The translations under genes and the position numbers were made by a program. The notes under the pieces were generated by a model. It was not told the origin of the DNA and did not search any database. It saw nothing but the letters and a program-made list of their open reading frames with translations. Of a stretch of 64,000 bases of DNA, positions 53,315 through 64,000 are shown one piece after another; position 1 is the first letter of the stretch, and the number at the start of each line of letters is the position of its first letter. Source of the DNA: an uncultured delta proteobacterium (GTDB lineage Bacteria > Desulfobacterota > Binatia > UBA9968); contig CAVSHR010000003.1 of the NCBI GenBank assembly GCA_963727625.1, positions 96,001 to 160,000 on the forward strand. The letters are read 5' to 3'.

Positions 53315-56218
53315 ATGGATTACAAAGACACCCTCAATTTACCGAAGACGAAATTCCCGATGCGTGCGAATCTGCCGCAGAACGAACCTAAGCAGGTCGA
53401 AAAGTGGCAGAGCGAGCGGACTTATTTTCAAGTTCTTGAGGCCAATCGAGACAGGCCGAAGTTTATTCTGCATGACGGACCGCCCTACGCCAATGGCAAT
53501 ATTCACATCGGCCATGCGCTGAACAAAATTCTCAAGGACATAATCATCAAGTACAGGTCCATGACCGGCCGTGCGTCGCCCTACGTTCCAGGCTGGGATT
53601 GTCATGGCTTGCCCATCGAGCTGCAGGTCGAAAAGAACGTCGGTAGAGCGAAGAAACTGACCATGAGCAAGGCGGTGATTCGCCGCCTGTGCAAAGAGTA
53701 CGCGGAAAAATATATCGCGATTCAGCGCGAAGAGTTCAAACGGCTCGGAGTGTTGGGGGATTGGGAGCGGCCTTATCGCACCTTGGACCCGAGCTACGAG
53801 GCCCAGGAGGTGCGCGAGCTCGGCAAGTTCGTCGCCGCAGGAACGCTCTACCGGCAAAAGAAGCCGGTGTATTGGTGTGCCTCGTGTGTAACCGCTCTAG
53901 CGGAAGCGGAAGTCGAGTACGAAGACCACACCTCGCCGTCGATCTACGTAAAATTTCCGGTCACGGATCCCAAAGGCCTGTTTCCTATCGATCCCGTGAA
54001 AGGAACGTCTTTTTTAATCTGGACTACGACGCCATGGACGCTGCCGGCTAACCAGGCGATCGCCGTTCAACCGAAATTCATGTACCGGCATGTTAGTACG
54101 CCCAAAGGCGAGTTAATCCTGAATCAAGAACTGATCCCGACGGTAATGAAGGCTTTGGGATTTGAGCCGAAGGGTTTTGAAATTACCGAAGGCGCCTGGG
54201 CTGGCGCCGACCTTGAAGGCATCGTTTGTCGCCACCCCTGGATCGATCGCGATTCGAAAGTCATTCTCGGTGAGTTCGTTACGCAGGACCAAGGCACCGG
54301 CTGCGTCCATATCGCCCCCGGCCATGGCCAGGAGGACTATGAAGTCGGACTGCGCTATGGCCTCGAAGTCTTAGCTCCGGTGGATGCCGAGGGCAGGTTC
54401 ACGAGCGAGGCCGGCGATCTTCAGGGCGAGTCCGTGTTCAAGGCCGATCCGCGCATCATTCAGAAACTGACCGAGCGCGGCGCGCTGCTCAAAGAGGAAA
54501 AACTTGCGCATAGCTATCCGCACTGCTGGCGCTGCAAGCGCCCGGTGATCTTCCGCGCTACCGAGCAGTGGTTTATTTCCATGGAAAAAAAAGGGTTGCG
54601 CCAAGCCGCGCTCGACGCCATCGATCAGGTGCGCTGGATCCCGCCTTGGGGCAAAGACCGCATCCGCGGCATGCTCGAAAGCCGACCCGATTGGTGCATC
54701 TCGCGGCAGCGCTCCTGGGGCGTGCCGATTCCGGCGGTCTATTGCCGCAAATGTAACCGTGCGGTGTTAAGTCAGGAGCTTTGCGACCATGTCGCCGCGA
54801 TCTTTGAAAAAGAAGGATCGGATGCCTGGTTTACTCGCCCCGTCGAGGAATTGCTGCCGGAAGCTCTCACCTGCCCCGATTGCGGCGGCCGGGATTTTTC
54901 CCGCGAGGAAGATATCCTCGACGTCTGGTTCGATTCCGGCGTAAGCTACGCCGCGGTCGTCGAGCAGGATCCCCGATTGGGGGGGCGCGCCGATCTCTAT
55001 CTTGAAGGCAGCGATCAGCACCGCGGCTGGTTTCACACCGCCCTTCTCACCTCGCTGGCGACGCGCGGTCGCGCGCCCTATGACAGCGTGTTGACTCACG
55101 GGTTTACTCTCGACGGCAAAGGCCGAAAAATGTCAAAATCCGTCGGCAACACTGTGGCGCCGCAGGAAGTCATAAAAAAATCCGGCGCGGAAATCCTACG
55201 GCTGTGGGTGGCCGCCGAGGATTTTCGTGAGGACGTGCGCATCTCGGACGAAATTCTCAATCGCTTGGTCGAAGCCTATCGGAGGTTGCGCAACACTGCG
55301 CGCTTTCTGATCAGCAATTTGTATGATTTCGACCCGGAAAAAGACGCGGTTCAAGCGGTACAGCTGGACGAAATGGACCGCTGGATTCTCCAGCGCACGC
55401 AGAGCGTTCTTGGTCGCTGCCGCGAAGCCTACGAGAACTATGAGTTTCATGTGGTCTATCACACTCTCAACAATTTTTGCGCCGTCGACCTGAGCGCCCA
55501 GTATCTCGACATCGTCAAAGACCGGCTTTACTGTGAAGGGGCGAAATCAAAAACGAGGCGCGCCGCTCAAACTACGCTGCACCGGATTCTCGAGGTCCTG
55601 GTCCACTTAATGGCGCCGATTGTCTCGTTTACGGCCGAGGAGATATGGGGTTATATGCCCGACCATGCCCGTCGACCTGCGAGCGTGTTTCTTTCGTCGA
55701 TGCCGAAGCCGAATGCCCGTCTAGCCGATCAAAAACTAGTGGACAAATGGGATCGGATCTTCCGCGAGCGCAGCGAGGTGCTGAAGGCCCTGGAACAAGC
55801 GCGGACGGCGGGAATTATTGGGCATTCGCTCGACGCAAAGGTAGTTTTACACAATCAAAACGGCTCACAACAGTCGCCATTGTTGGGCATGGCCAGCTCT
55901 GACCTAAAAAAGTTGGAAGACCTGCTCATAGTCTCTCAAATAGAAGCTATGGCTGATGTGGCGCCTTTTCTCGATCAGTTGATGGTTGCCAAAGATGCCG
56001 GAAATCGAGGGACACTTTCCATCGTTGATTTGCCCGATGGACGGAAAGTTGTTTCTTTCGACGCGGAACTTTTGGATAGTTTTGTCTTTGTTCTTAAAGC
56101 GGACGGCGCTAAGTGCGAACGCTGCTGGAAATACGACACCCAAGTAGGCAACGACTCCAATCATCCGACGGTTTGCGCCCGCTGTGCGTCGGTGCTCAAT
56201 GCCGGAGCCGCGACTTGA
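53315..56218 (+). CDS. ileS: Isoleucine--tRNA ligase
   Basis: [43 protein letters not shown]-terminal CERC...CARC zinc finger. Confidence 0.99.
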   Translation: MDYKDTLNLPKTKFPMRANLPQNEPKQVEKWQSERTYFQVLEANRDRPKFILHDGPPYANGNIHIGHALNKILKDIIIKYRSMTGRASPYVPGWDCHGLPIELQVEKNVGRAKKLTMSKAVIRRLCKEYAEKYIAIQREEFKRLGVLGDWERPYRTLDPSYEAQEVRELGKFVAAGTLYRQKKPVYWCASCVTALAEAEVEYEDHTSPSIYVKFPVTDPKGLFPIDPVKGTSFLIWTTTPWTLPANQAIAVQPKFMYRHVSTPKGELILNQELIPTVMKALGFEPKGFEITEGAWAGADLEGIVCRHPWIDRDSKVILGEFVTQDQGTGCVHIAPGHGQEDYEVGLRYGLEVLAPVDAEGRFTSEAGDLQGESVFKADPRIIQKLTERGALLKEEKLAHSYPHCWRCKRPVIFRATEQWFISMEKKGLRQAALDAIDQVRWIPPWGKDRIRGMLESRPDWCISRQRSWGVPIPAVYCRKCNRAVLSQELCDHVAAIFEKEGSDAWFTRPVEELLPEALTCPDCGGRDFSREEDILDVWFDSGVSYAAVVEQDPRLGGRADLYLEGSDQHRGWFHTALLTSLATRGRAPYDSVLTHGFTLDGKGRKMSKSVGNTVAPQEVIKKSGAEILRLWVAAEDFREDVRISDEILNRLVEAYRRLRNTARFLISNLYDFDPEKDAVQAVQLDEMDRWILQRTQSVLGRCREAYENYEFHVVYHTLNNFCAVDLSAQYLDIVKDRLYCEGAKSKTRRAAQTTLHRILEVLVHLMAPIVSFTAEEIWGYMPDHARRPASVFLSSMPKPNARLADQKLVDKWDRIFRERSEVLKALEQARTAGIIGHSLDAKVVLHNQNGSQQSPLLGMASSDLKKLEDLLIVSQIEAMADVAPFLDQLMVAKDAGNRGTLSIVDLPDGRKVVSFDAELLDSFVFVLKADGAKCERCWKYDTQVGNDSNHPTVCARCASVLNAGAAT

Positions 56219-56712
56219 GCGCCAAATGGAAACTCGTTTCAGGCTGGCTCGCGATTATCATTATCCTCGATCAGCTGACAAAAATCATCGTCGATCGCTC
56301 CATGCCGCGGCACCAATCGATTGCGATCATCGACGGGCTGTTTAGTCTCACCTACGTGCGCAACACCGGCGCCGCTTTTGGCATCTTCGCCGGAAGCCAT
56401 GAAGCGTTTCGCCTGCCCTTTTTGATTGGCGTTTCGGTTTTAGCGATTGGCTTTATCCTGGTTATGCTAAAGCGCCTGCGCGACGACGCAATCGGACTTA
56501 TCACTGCGCTCGCGTTGATCCTCGGCGGCGCCGTGGGCAATCTCATCGATCGCATTATCTACGGCGAGGTCATCGATTTTCTCGATGTCTACTGGTCGGA
56601 TTACCACTGGCCCGCGTTCAATATCGCCGACAGCTGCATCACCGTCGGCGTGATCATCACGCTCTATGTCCTGATCACGGCGAAGGGCGAGGATCCATTC
56701 AAGGCGAATTAA
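56215..56712 (+). CDS. lspA: Lipoprotein signal peptidase II
   Basis: DQLTK, NTGAAFG, GA.GN..DR, V.DF, FN.AD; TTG start overlapping the ileS stop. Confidence 0.95.
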   Translation: MSAKWKLVSGWLAIIIILDQLTKIIVDRSMPRHQSIAIIDGLFSLTYVRNTGAAFGIFAGSHEAFRLPFLIGVSVLAIGFILVMLKRLRDDAIGLITALALILGGAVGNLIDRIIYGEVIDFLDVYWSDYHWPAFNIADSCITVGVIITLYVLITAKGEDPFKAN

Positions 56713-57008
56713 TCCGTATTTTTTAGCGCGACGAGGGTAGCGCCCCAACCGCCGGTTTCCCCGGGAGCGTCCCGGAAAGATAAAACCGCCGGATGTTTGC
56801 TCAGCAGAGAGCGGATGATATTGCGCTGCACACCGACGCCTTTGCCGTGAATCAAGCGCACTTCGAACAACCCGGCTTGGCGGCACTGCGCTAAATACTC
56901 TTCGACGACACTGGCGATCTCCTTGGGCTGAAAATGGTGCAAGTCGATGCTGTCAGATATCGGCAGAAGGATTGGATCGTCCACCGATGAAACATCGTCT
57001 TTTTTCAT
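56709..57008 (-). CDS. Standalone Smr domain protein
   Basis: IDLH, IHGKG.G, GGWGAT. Confidence 0.88.
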   Translation of the reverse strand: MKKDDVSSVDDPILLPISDSIDLHHFQPKEIASVVEEYLAQCRQAGLFEVRLIHGKGVGVQRNIIRSLLSKHPAVLSFRDAPGETGGWGATLVALKNTD

Positions 57009-57100
57009 CTTGCGGTCATTTTAAAATCAGCCGTCGCCGGCCGTTATTGTCACGCAAAAACCGCGATCCATCATAATATAAATGGCGAAGACGGTTTCGT

Positions 57101-58279
57101 CTAGAATTCCGCGCTCTCCAAATATCCCTTGATCCGAGATAGAAAACGCGCCGCGATGGCGCCGTCGACGACTCGATGGTCGGCGGAAAGTGTCGCGGTC
57201 ATCAACGATTTGATGGCAAACATTCTGTCTTCGGCGACTACGCGTGGCGCTACCCGTCCAACGGCGAGGATCGCGCACTGCGGCGGGTTGATGATCGCGA
57301 CGAAGCTATCGACGCCGAACATACCGAGATTCGAAACGGTGAAAGTTCCGCCCTCGTAGCCGAGCGGCAAGAGTTTCTTGGTTTGGACCTTCTCGACCAA
57401 CTGCCGGCTCTGGGTTGCCAGTTCCGCCAAGCTCAGGCGATCGGCATTGCGAATTACCGGCACGACCAATCCCTCGTCAAGGGCGATGGCCATGCCGATA
57501 TTGATCTCCGCGAAGAGTTTGACACCGCGCTCTGCGTATCTAGAATTGATCGACGGGAAATCCTTCAGCGCGCGCGCGCAGGCCAGCAGGATAAAATCAT
57601 TGATCGACGGGACGGACTCATCAACGCGATCTCTCCCGTCGTTTCTGAATTTGCTCACGGCGCTCATATCGATGTCCGTGCTCAAGTAAAAATGCGGCGC
57701 GGTTTGTTTGCTTTGGGTCATGCGCGCGCCGACGATGCGGCGCGTCGGGCTGAAAGCGACAAAATCCGCCGCTCCATCATCGGCCTGCGGCCCGGCGCCG
57801 CTCGCTTGCAATACATCGGCGGCAAGTACGCTTCCCTGAGGCCCGCTACCCCGCAGAGTAGCCAACGCGATGCCCTTTTCTCGCGCGAGTCGTTTTGCCG
57901 CGGGCGACGCGAGGACGCGCCCGAGGCTTGGCGCGAGCGCGTCCTTTGCTGGAGTCGCCTTGGTTACGGGAGCCGGTGCAACAGACTTTATTGCCGCGGG
58001 TACCGCTGCGGCCAATTTTGTTTTTTCGGCCGACGATTCGCCGGGCGCCAGAATCAGTGCGATTCCCTGCCCTACGGGAACTTCATCGCCGGCCTTGGCG
58101 CACACTTGAGACAACACGCCGGAAGCCGGCGCTTCGATCTCCACCGTTGCTTTATCGGTTTCGATCTCCATAAGCGGTTCGCCTTTGGAGACCGCCTGGC
58201 CTTCGGTTTTTAGCCACTTGAGTAAAGTACCGGTTTGTTGCGCCACGCCGAGGGCGGGCATGATCACGTTGGTTGACAT
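57101..58279 (-). CDS. Dihydrolipoamide acyltransferase (E2) family protein
   Basis: Lipoyl ETDKA, PSBD ASP.A..LA...G.GP.G, catalytic DHR.VDG. Confidence 0.93.
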   Translation of the reverse strand: MSTNVIMPALGVAQQTGTLLKWLKTEGQAVSKGEPLMEIETDKATVEIEAPASGVLSQVCAKAGDEVPVGQGIALILAPGESSAEKTKLAAAVPAAIKSVAPAPVTKATPAKDALAPSLGRVLASPAAKRLAREKGIALATLRGSGPQGSVLAADVLQASGAGPQADDGAADFVAFSPTRRIVGARMTQSKQTAPHFYLSTDIDMSAVSKFRNDGRDRVDESVPSINDFILLACARALKDFPSINSRYAERGVKLFAEINIGMAIALDEGLVVPVIRNADRLSLAELATQSRQLVEKVQTKKLLPLGYEGGTFTVSNLGMFGVDSFVAIINPPQCAILAVGRVAPRVVAEDRMFAIKSLMTATLSADHRVVDGAIAARFLSRIKGYLESAEF

Positions 58280-58645
58280 TGGATTAAGTACTCCAAAACT
58301 GTTCTGTTCACAAGATAATTTGACCGGCTGCGATGACGCTTCGGCAAGGTAACCAAGCCAGGTTTAGCTCGCGCCGCTCGCAACATTGCGGGGTGCAACT
58401 CTGGCAAGCGAGCAGCTGTTAGAGATGATGATCCGTAGGGCAACCTTAGGCGGTGTTTCCGCCACGCGCGGGGATTTTTATCTACGCTTGCGGGCGGCAA
58501 TTTTTCAATTTTGCCGAAACTTAAACATGAGACAGAATTGTGCTCCAACCGCGCCATCCCGCGACAACCGGGTGGGGTGGATTATGCGAAGCGGCCGCGA
58601 TCGAAGAAGTCCACCGTAAACCTGCGCATGGGGGAATAACAATAC

Positions 58646-61111
58646 CTAAAGCTCATGACGATGATCCAGCTCGGCCGTACCGTCCATTGGGAGCTGATTT
58701 AAAATTTCGACCAAAATTTCATACTTGGCCGGTTTGGTGAGATGGGTGTCGAAGCCGGCCTCCTTAGTGCGCTGACGATCCAGCTGCTGTCCCCAACCGG
58801 ATAGAGCGATCAGGAAAATGCCTTTGCCCCCCGGTAGTTGGCGGATCATACGCGCGGCGTCGTAACCATCGAGCTTCGGCATGGCGATATCGAGCACCGC
58901 TACATCGGGGCGAAATTGAGCCGCGGTCTCGACGGCTTCAATGCCGTCCTGAGCGATATGAACTTCATTGCCATCTTGGCGCAACAGACGCGCGAGGATG
59001 GCTGCGGATTGCGGGAAGTCGTCGGCCACCAAGATCCGCCGGCCGCGTTTTGCGGCGATCGGGCAAATCTCCTCTTTGGCACTTAAGCGGTCGGCCAGCG
59101 AAGCCACCGGCGACGCGGGCAAATAAACGATAAATTCGCTGCCACGGTTCAAGCCGTCGCTGTGAACTTCGACCTTGCCGCCGTGGATTTCGACCAGGCG
59201 GTGGACGAGCGTGAGACCGAGCCCAAGCCCGCCCTCGGCGCGGGTATACGAGCGGTCGACCTGGTAGAACAAATCAAACAAGTGCGGCAAATTTTCCGCG
59301 GCGATGCCGATGCCGGTGTCTTTGACGCGCACGACTACCGCGTCGCCCGCCTGCTCGACGTTTAGCCAAATATGGCCCGGGCTGGGCGTGTACTTGGCGG
59401 CATTATTCAACAGATTCATAAAGACCTGGGTCAGTCTAACGCGATCGGCTTCGACACCAATCGAATCTTGCGACATACTTACGGTCAAGTCATGCTGGCG
59501 TTGTTCGATCACCGGCCGGCTTGATTCCACCGCGGCGCGGATGACGTCGGCAAGATTCACCGGCTCTTTTTGCAACGCCAGCTTGTCGCGCGTGATGCGG
59601 CTAACATCGAACAGGTCATCGGTCAGCCGCGTAAGGTAGTTGACCTGGCGCTCGATGATATCTTGCCCCCAACTTGAATCCGTTGCCGGCTTGGCGGGGG
59701 ACTTTTGCAGCGTTGTCACGTTGCGAATCAGCGACAATGGATTACGCAATTCATGGGCCAGGGTTGCCAGAAACTCGTCTTTGCGCTGGTCGGCATCGCG
59801 CAAGGCGGCATCGCTTTCACGCAGCACATTGTCCAGGCGCAATCTTTCCACCGCTAACCAGGTGCGCTCGGCGACGATGTTGACCAAGGTGATTTCGCGC
59901 TCGGTCCATTCGTGCGCGTCACTGTCGGTGACGACAAGTGCCGAGAGTAATTTTCCATCGCGCAGCAAGGGCGTGACCACTAGGGCGCGAACACTGGTTT
60001 CTCGGTGGGGGCCAAATAATCGGGCGGTGCGCTCATCGTTTCCTACATCGGCAATGGCAATAATTTGGCCGGCTTTTGCCGCTATGATCAGAGAAGAGCT
60101 GAGCGCGCTGAAAGGGTATTCGCCGACCAAAGAGGGCGCATGGGGGTGGTAATCGCGTTGCACGGTGAGCCGTTCATGTTCGACGTCGACCTCGATAAAG
60201 CTGCAACGGCTCGACTTCAAATACTCGCCGAGGGCGACTGCGACGGCCCAGAGTAACTCGTCGGCATCGGCCGCGAAGCGAATGCCTTCGCCGAGATCAA
60301 GCAGAAAAAGCGTGTCGGCTTCGGCTTGCTTGCGCCGCGTGATATCCCTCACCGCCACGTTCACGCCGAGCAACTGGCCGGTTTCGGTGTGCACCGGATA
60401 ATAGCTGTATGTGTAGACGCGCCGCTCGCGGGAATGCTCCGGATGGCTGGTTTGAACTTCTTCGTCGATCACCGGTTGACCACTGTCGATCACGCGCCGG
60501 TAATGGGGCTCGATGCTGTCCGCGATTTGCGGCACCGCTTCCCGAACGGTCTTACCGACAAAAGATTCGGGCGAACTGCCGTTCATCTGCGCCAACGCGT
60601 TGTTAATCGAAACGTAGCGCAGGTTACGATCCACGAAACACAGACCGACGGGCGCCGAAGCGTAGATCGTCTTTAAGTGAGCCAACCGCTCATTGGCGAC
60701 TCGTTCGTTTTCGCGCATCACTTCTTGAGCGTGACGATGGCGCAGACTAAGGACGGTCACCGTCCAAATCATCAGCAGGGCTAGACCGTGGTCGAAAAGG
60801 TACACCCAATCCGGCGTGTTCGGCAGGGACGGCGACAAAACATAATTGATGATCATAAGTACGGTCGTCGTCGACGCCGCGACAATCTTTTCGTGAGGCC
60901 TGGGCAAAGCAACCACCAGAAGCAGGCCGGCGACATAACCGACCGGCATGGCGAGGCCCGCTGGTGTCCATAGATTCGCGGTAAAGATGGCGACCAACAG
61001 CAAAAGCACGAATAACCAAAGCAGCCCGCGAAAGACTTCGGATGTCGCTCTTTCCGGCTTGAAGGCAGGGGGAGAATGGGTGGTCGATGAAGATTGTGAA
61101 AGCGCGCTCAC
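58646..61111 (-). CDS. Membrane hybrid sensor histidine kinase (TM-PAS-GAF-HisKA-HATPase-REC)
   Basis: N-terminal TMs, PAS, GAF, LAHELRNPL, NLLNNA.KY, DTGIG, GLGLGL, receiver DD...LDI.MP..G...KP; start uncertain. Confidence 0.9.
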   Translation of the reverse strand: MSALSQSSSTTHSPPAFKPERATSEVFRGLLWLFVLLLLVAIFTANLWTPAGLAMPVGYVAGLLLVVALPRPHEKIVAASTTTVLMIINYVLSPSLPNTPDWVYLFDHGLALLMIWTVTVLSLRHRHAQEVMRENERVANERLAHLKTIYASAPVGLCFVDRNLRYVSINNALAQMNGSSPESFVGKTVREAVPQIADSIEPHYRRVIDSGQPVIDEEVQTSHPEHSRERRVYTYSYYPVHTETGQLLGVNVAVRDITRRKQAEADTLFLLDLGEGIRFAADADELLWAVAVALGEYLKSSRCSFIEVDVEHERLTVQRDYHPHAPSLVGEYPFSALSSSLIIAAKAGQIIAIADVGNDERTARLFGPHRETSVRALVVTPLLRDGKLLSALVVTDSDAHEWTEREITLVNIVAERTWLAVERLRLDNVLRESDAALRDADQRKDEFLATLAHELRNPLSLIRNVTTLQKSPAKPATDSSWGQDIIERQVNYLTRLTDDLFDVSRITRDKLALQKEPVNLADVIRAAVESSRPVIEQRQHDLTVSMSQDSIGVEADRVRLTQVFMNLLNNAAKYTPSPGHIWLNVEQAGDAVVVRVKDTGIGIAAENLPHLFDLFYQVDRSYTRAEGGLGLGLTLVHRLVEIHGGKVEVHSDGLNRGSEFIVYLPASPVASLADRLSAKEEICPIAAKRGRRILVADDFPQSAAILARLLRQDGNEVHIAQDGIEAVETAAQFRPDVAVLDIAMPKLDGYDAARMIRQLPGGKGIFLIALSGWGQQLDRQRTKEAGFDTHLTKPAKYEILVEILNQLPMDGTAELDHRHEL

Positions 61112-61421
61112 GTTGCCCTTTCGATTGCGACCGTCTAATGAGGCCAAGGACCTAAAGCTCAAGTGTATCAAACCGGCTGAGCGCCGTACAAGGATTCATT
61201 TGCCCAATGAGCGCCAAATCTTTGCCCGCTCCGACACGCAACCGCAAGCTTAGGACAGATCAAAGGCTTGCCGCCGCGGTGCTTTTGCAAGCGGTCAACT
61301 TTGCAACCGTTTTTGGGGACATTTACGCCCTTTCGCGCGGTCGTTTTTGCTTTAGCGACTGCTTGACAACCCGGGCGGCGCGGTTGATAGATGGCAACAG
61401 CATAACCAAAGGGAGTCGTGC

Positions 61422-63020
61422 ATGGCGAGCAAGAGCAAGTACTATAGAGATTTTCGCGAGCATCTAAAGGCCCTCGAAGAACGCGGCCAATTGCTGCGAA
61501 TAAAACGGGAGATCAACAAAGATACCGAACTGATGCCGCTGGTGCGCTGGCAGTTTCGCGGCTTGGATGAGCGTGAGCGCAAGGCGTTCATGTTCGAAAA
61601 TGTGGTCGACTCCAAGGGACGACGCTACGCTATGCCGGTGACGGTGGGAACCCTGGCGGCGACCACGGAAATCTACGCCATCGGCATGATGTGCCGGCCC
61701 GAGGAGATCCACGAGCGTTGGACGCGGGCGCAAATGAATCCCATCGAGCCGGTTAAAGTGACCAGCGCGGCGGCCCAAGAAGTGGTGTGGCAAGGACAGG
61801 AATTGCTCGACGGCCACGGCCTGGACATGATTCCGGTGCCGATTTCGACGCCGGGCTTCGACAACGCGCCCTATCTCACTTCGGCCAACTGGATCACCAA
61901 AGATCTCGAAACCGGAATTTATAACATCGGCAACTACCGCAGCCAGATCAAATCCGCCAACCGCACGGGCGGATTGTTCACGTCGCAGCATATGGGGCAG
62001 CATTGGCGCAAGTGCAAAGCCAAGGGCAAGCGGCTGGAAGCCTGCATCGCCATCGGTGTGGTGCCGAGCATCGCCTATTCGGCGACCGCGAAGATTCCCT
62101 ACGACTTCGACGAATATCGGCTCGCCGGCGGTCTGGCCGGGGCGCCGGTGGAAGTGGTTCAGGCGAAGACCGTCGACCTCCTGGTACCGGCGACGGCGGA
62201 AATCATAATCGAAGGAACCATTCCCACCGATGTCGTCGAACCGGAAGGACCATTCGGCGAATATCCCGGTTACATGGGCCACCGCACGGTTTCACCGTTC
62301 CTTGAAGTCACCTGCGTCACGCACCGCCGCGACGCGATCTACACGGCGTTAATGAGTCAATTCCCGCCCAGCGAGTCGAGTAAGATCAAACATACCGGCA
62401 CGGAAAAAATCATCTACAAATTTCTCCGCCACGACAGCGGCAATGCGGCGGTGGTCGACGTGGCGTTGCACGACGAGGTGAGCGGCAGCGGCCAGGCGTA
62501 TTGCGTAATCAAGATGCGTAACGCCACCAAGGCCGATGCCTGGCGCGCCTTGAATGCGTCAGCCGGCTTTACCGGCAGCTATGCCAAGGTCTGCGTCGCG
62601 GTGGATGAAGACATCGACATTCAAGACCCGGCGATGATCAATTGGGCGATCTGTTACAACATGAGACCGGACGAAGACGTGGCGATCGCCAAGGGAAAGC
62701 CGCCCGGTCTCGACCCGTCGACATATCCACCCGGAATGGAGACCGAGGAAAAACGGCCGGGTTCGACCTCCGCGCTGCTGCTCAATGCCGTGCGTCCATG
62801 GCCTTATACGCCGGTATCGTTGCCGAAGAAAGAGTTCATGGAAGGTTCTAAGCAAATCTGGGAGGAGCTTGAGTTGCCGCCGCTCAAGCCGCGCATGCCT
62901 TGGTATGGTTACAGTCTCGGCGCTTGGACCGCACAGGACGAGGAGGAAGCCGACTTGGCCGTGAAGGGGGATTATTTCGCCACGGGAACCAAGCAGGTCG
63001 GGCAACGAAAGAAAACCTGA
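61422..63020 (+). CDS. UbiD family decarboxylase 2
   Basis: DFREH, N.GNYR, EGPFGEYPGY, VDEDID..D....WA. Confidence 0.9.
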   Translation: MASKSKYYRDFREHLKALEERGQLLRIKREINKDTELMPLVRWQFRGLDERERKAFMFENVVDSKGRRYAMPVTVGTLAATTEIYAIGMMCRPEEIHERWTRAQMNPIEPVKVTSAAAQEVVWQGQELLDGHGLDMIPVPISTPGFDNAPYLTSANWITKDLETGIYNIGNYRSQIKSANRTGGLFTSQHMGQHWRKCKAKGKRLEACIAIGVVPSIAYSATAKIPYDFDEYRLAGGLAGAPVEVVQAKTVDLLVPATAEIIIEGTIPTDVVEPEGPFGEYPGYMGHRTVSPFLEVTCVTHRRDAIYTALMSQFPPSESSKIKHTGTEKIIYKFLRHDSGNAAVVDVALHDEVSGSGQAYCVIKMRNATKADAWRALNASAGFTGSYAKVCVAVDEDIDIQDPAMINWAICYNMRPDEDVAIAKGKPPGLDPSTYPPGMETEEKRPGSTSALLLNAVRPWPYTPVSLPKKEFMEGSKQIWEELELPPLKPRMPWYGYSLGAWTAQDEEEADLAVKGDYFATGTKQVGQRKKT

Positions 63021-63197
63021 CCGAGACCGAGCCTCAAGAGCGGAGTATCAGCTTCTCGTTATTAGGCTCGGCAGTCCGATTCATCGACGAGCACCGGGAA
63101 TCGACCACCTCACCCGCATCAAATAACTTGCTTAAAGCCGCGCGGCGATGAACGAGTTGCTTGTCTTGATGAAACCGCACAGCTTAGCAAACCCAGT

Positions 63198-63947
63198 ATG
63201 CCGTTCGATGCCACTTACTTGATTGTCGGCCTCAGTCTGCTGTTGGCCGCCTTTGTCAAAGGCGCTACGGGCCTGGGCTTCCCCCTGATCGCGACGCCGA
63301 TGATCGCGCTGCTCTTAGACATCCGCACCGCCGTGACGGTGCTGATTTTACCCAATCTGTTCATGGACTCGGCTCAGGTGGTGCGCGACGGCCTGCCCTA
63401 TGAAATCTTTCGGCGCTTTAAAGCGCTAATCGTCCCCACGATCATCGGCGTGTTTCTCGGCACCCTGGTCTTGGTCAAGCTGCCCTTGTGGATCCTCAAT
63501 GCCTGCCTCGGTGTGATGGTGCTGGTCTTCGTGATTTCCAGCGTGCTCAAGTTCGAGTTTACGGTTTCACCGCGCAGCGAAAAAGTGCTTTCGCCGATCT
63601 GCGGTTTTGTCAGCGGCTTTTTAAACGGTATGACCAACGCGGCAGGGCCGACCCTGGCGATCTATCTCTACAGTCTCAAACTCGAGAAGCGCAACTTCGT
63701 CAAATCGATCGCGACTATTTTCGTCACCACGAAACTGAGCCAGCTGGTGGCGATCTCAACCTGGAATCTGTTCAGCTGGTACACGATCAAACTCTCGTTG
63801 CTGGTGCTCTTGTTTGCCTTGGCGGGATTTTATGCCGGCATCAAAGCCCAAGATCGCGTCAACCAACAGACCTTTAACCGCGGGCTGATGACGCTCTTAT
63901 CTTTGGTCGGAGCCACTTTGATCGCGCGGGCGTTCACGCAGGCGTGA
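63198..63947 (+). CDS. TauE/SafE family sulfite exporter-like membrane protein
   Basis: G..G.GF...A.P N-terminus, SG...G....GP, about 8 TM segments. Confidence 0.88.
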   Translation: MPFDATYLIVGLSLLLAAFVKGATGLGFPLIATPMIALLLDIRTAVTVLILPNLFMDSAQVVRDGLPYEIFRRFKALIVPTIIGVFLGTLVLVKLPLWILNACLGVMVLVFVISSVLKFEFTVSPRSEKVLSPICGFVSGFLNGMTNAAGPTLAIYLYSLKLEKRNFVKSIATIFVTTKLSQLVAISTWNLFSWYTIKLSLLVLLFALAGFYAGIKAQDRVNQQTFNRGLMTLLSLVGATLIARAFTQA

Positions 63948-63955
63948 AATTTCAC

Positions 63956-64000
63956 TCACGGCCAGATCTCCGCGGCGGCGTGGACAACGAGATCGAGCTT
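63956..64000 (-). CDS. 3' end of a convergent gene entering from beyond the window
   Basis: Minus strand reads KLDLVVHAAAEIWP*. Confidence 0.35.
   Translation of the reverse strand, partial: KLDLVVHAAAEIWP

Overview
64 kb of GC-rich bacterial chromosome. It is inferred to be deltaproteobacterial-like, possibly Ca. Binatia, and origin-proximal. Housekeeping blocks are bactofilin-atpF'FHAGDC (atpB/atpE absent), mnmE-mnmG-parA-parB with two parS sites and no rsmG, ispH, a sigma54-driven amtB-glnA-PII operon and ileS-lspA. Between them lie accessory genes: a benzoate-CoA-ligase-family enzyme with an ALDH, an OrfY-TreT-TPS/TPP trehalose operon, two UbiD decarboxylases, an LLM oxidoreductase, an enolase-family enzyme and several cupins. 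Main observations: (1) a bicupin / EutA-like ATPase / EamA / EamA / bicupin cluster with no EutBC, the best candidate for an uncharacterised system; (2) a solitary integron-type cassette encoding an internally duplicated lipoprotein, bounded by complementary GTTAGGT/ACCTAAC sites and a truncated attC; (3) a DAHP synthase gene flanked by ~60-bp degenerate direct repeats copying the 3' end of its neighbour; (4) intergenic heptamer-repeat hairpins and decayed SBP gene tails. No rRNA, tRNA, CRISPR array or transposase was recognised. All calls come from reading the sequence by eye; no searches were run.
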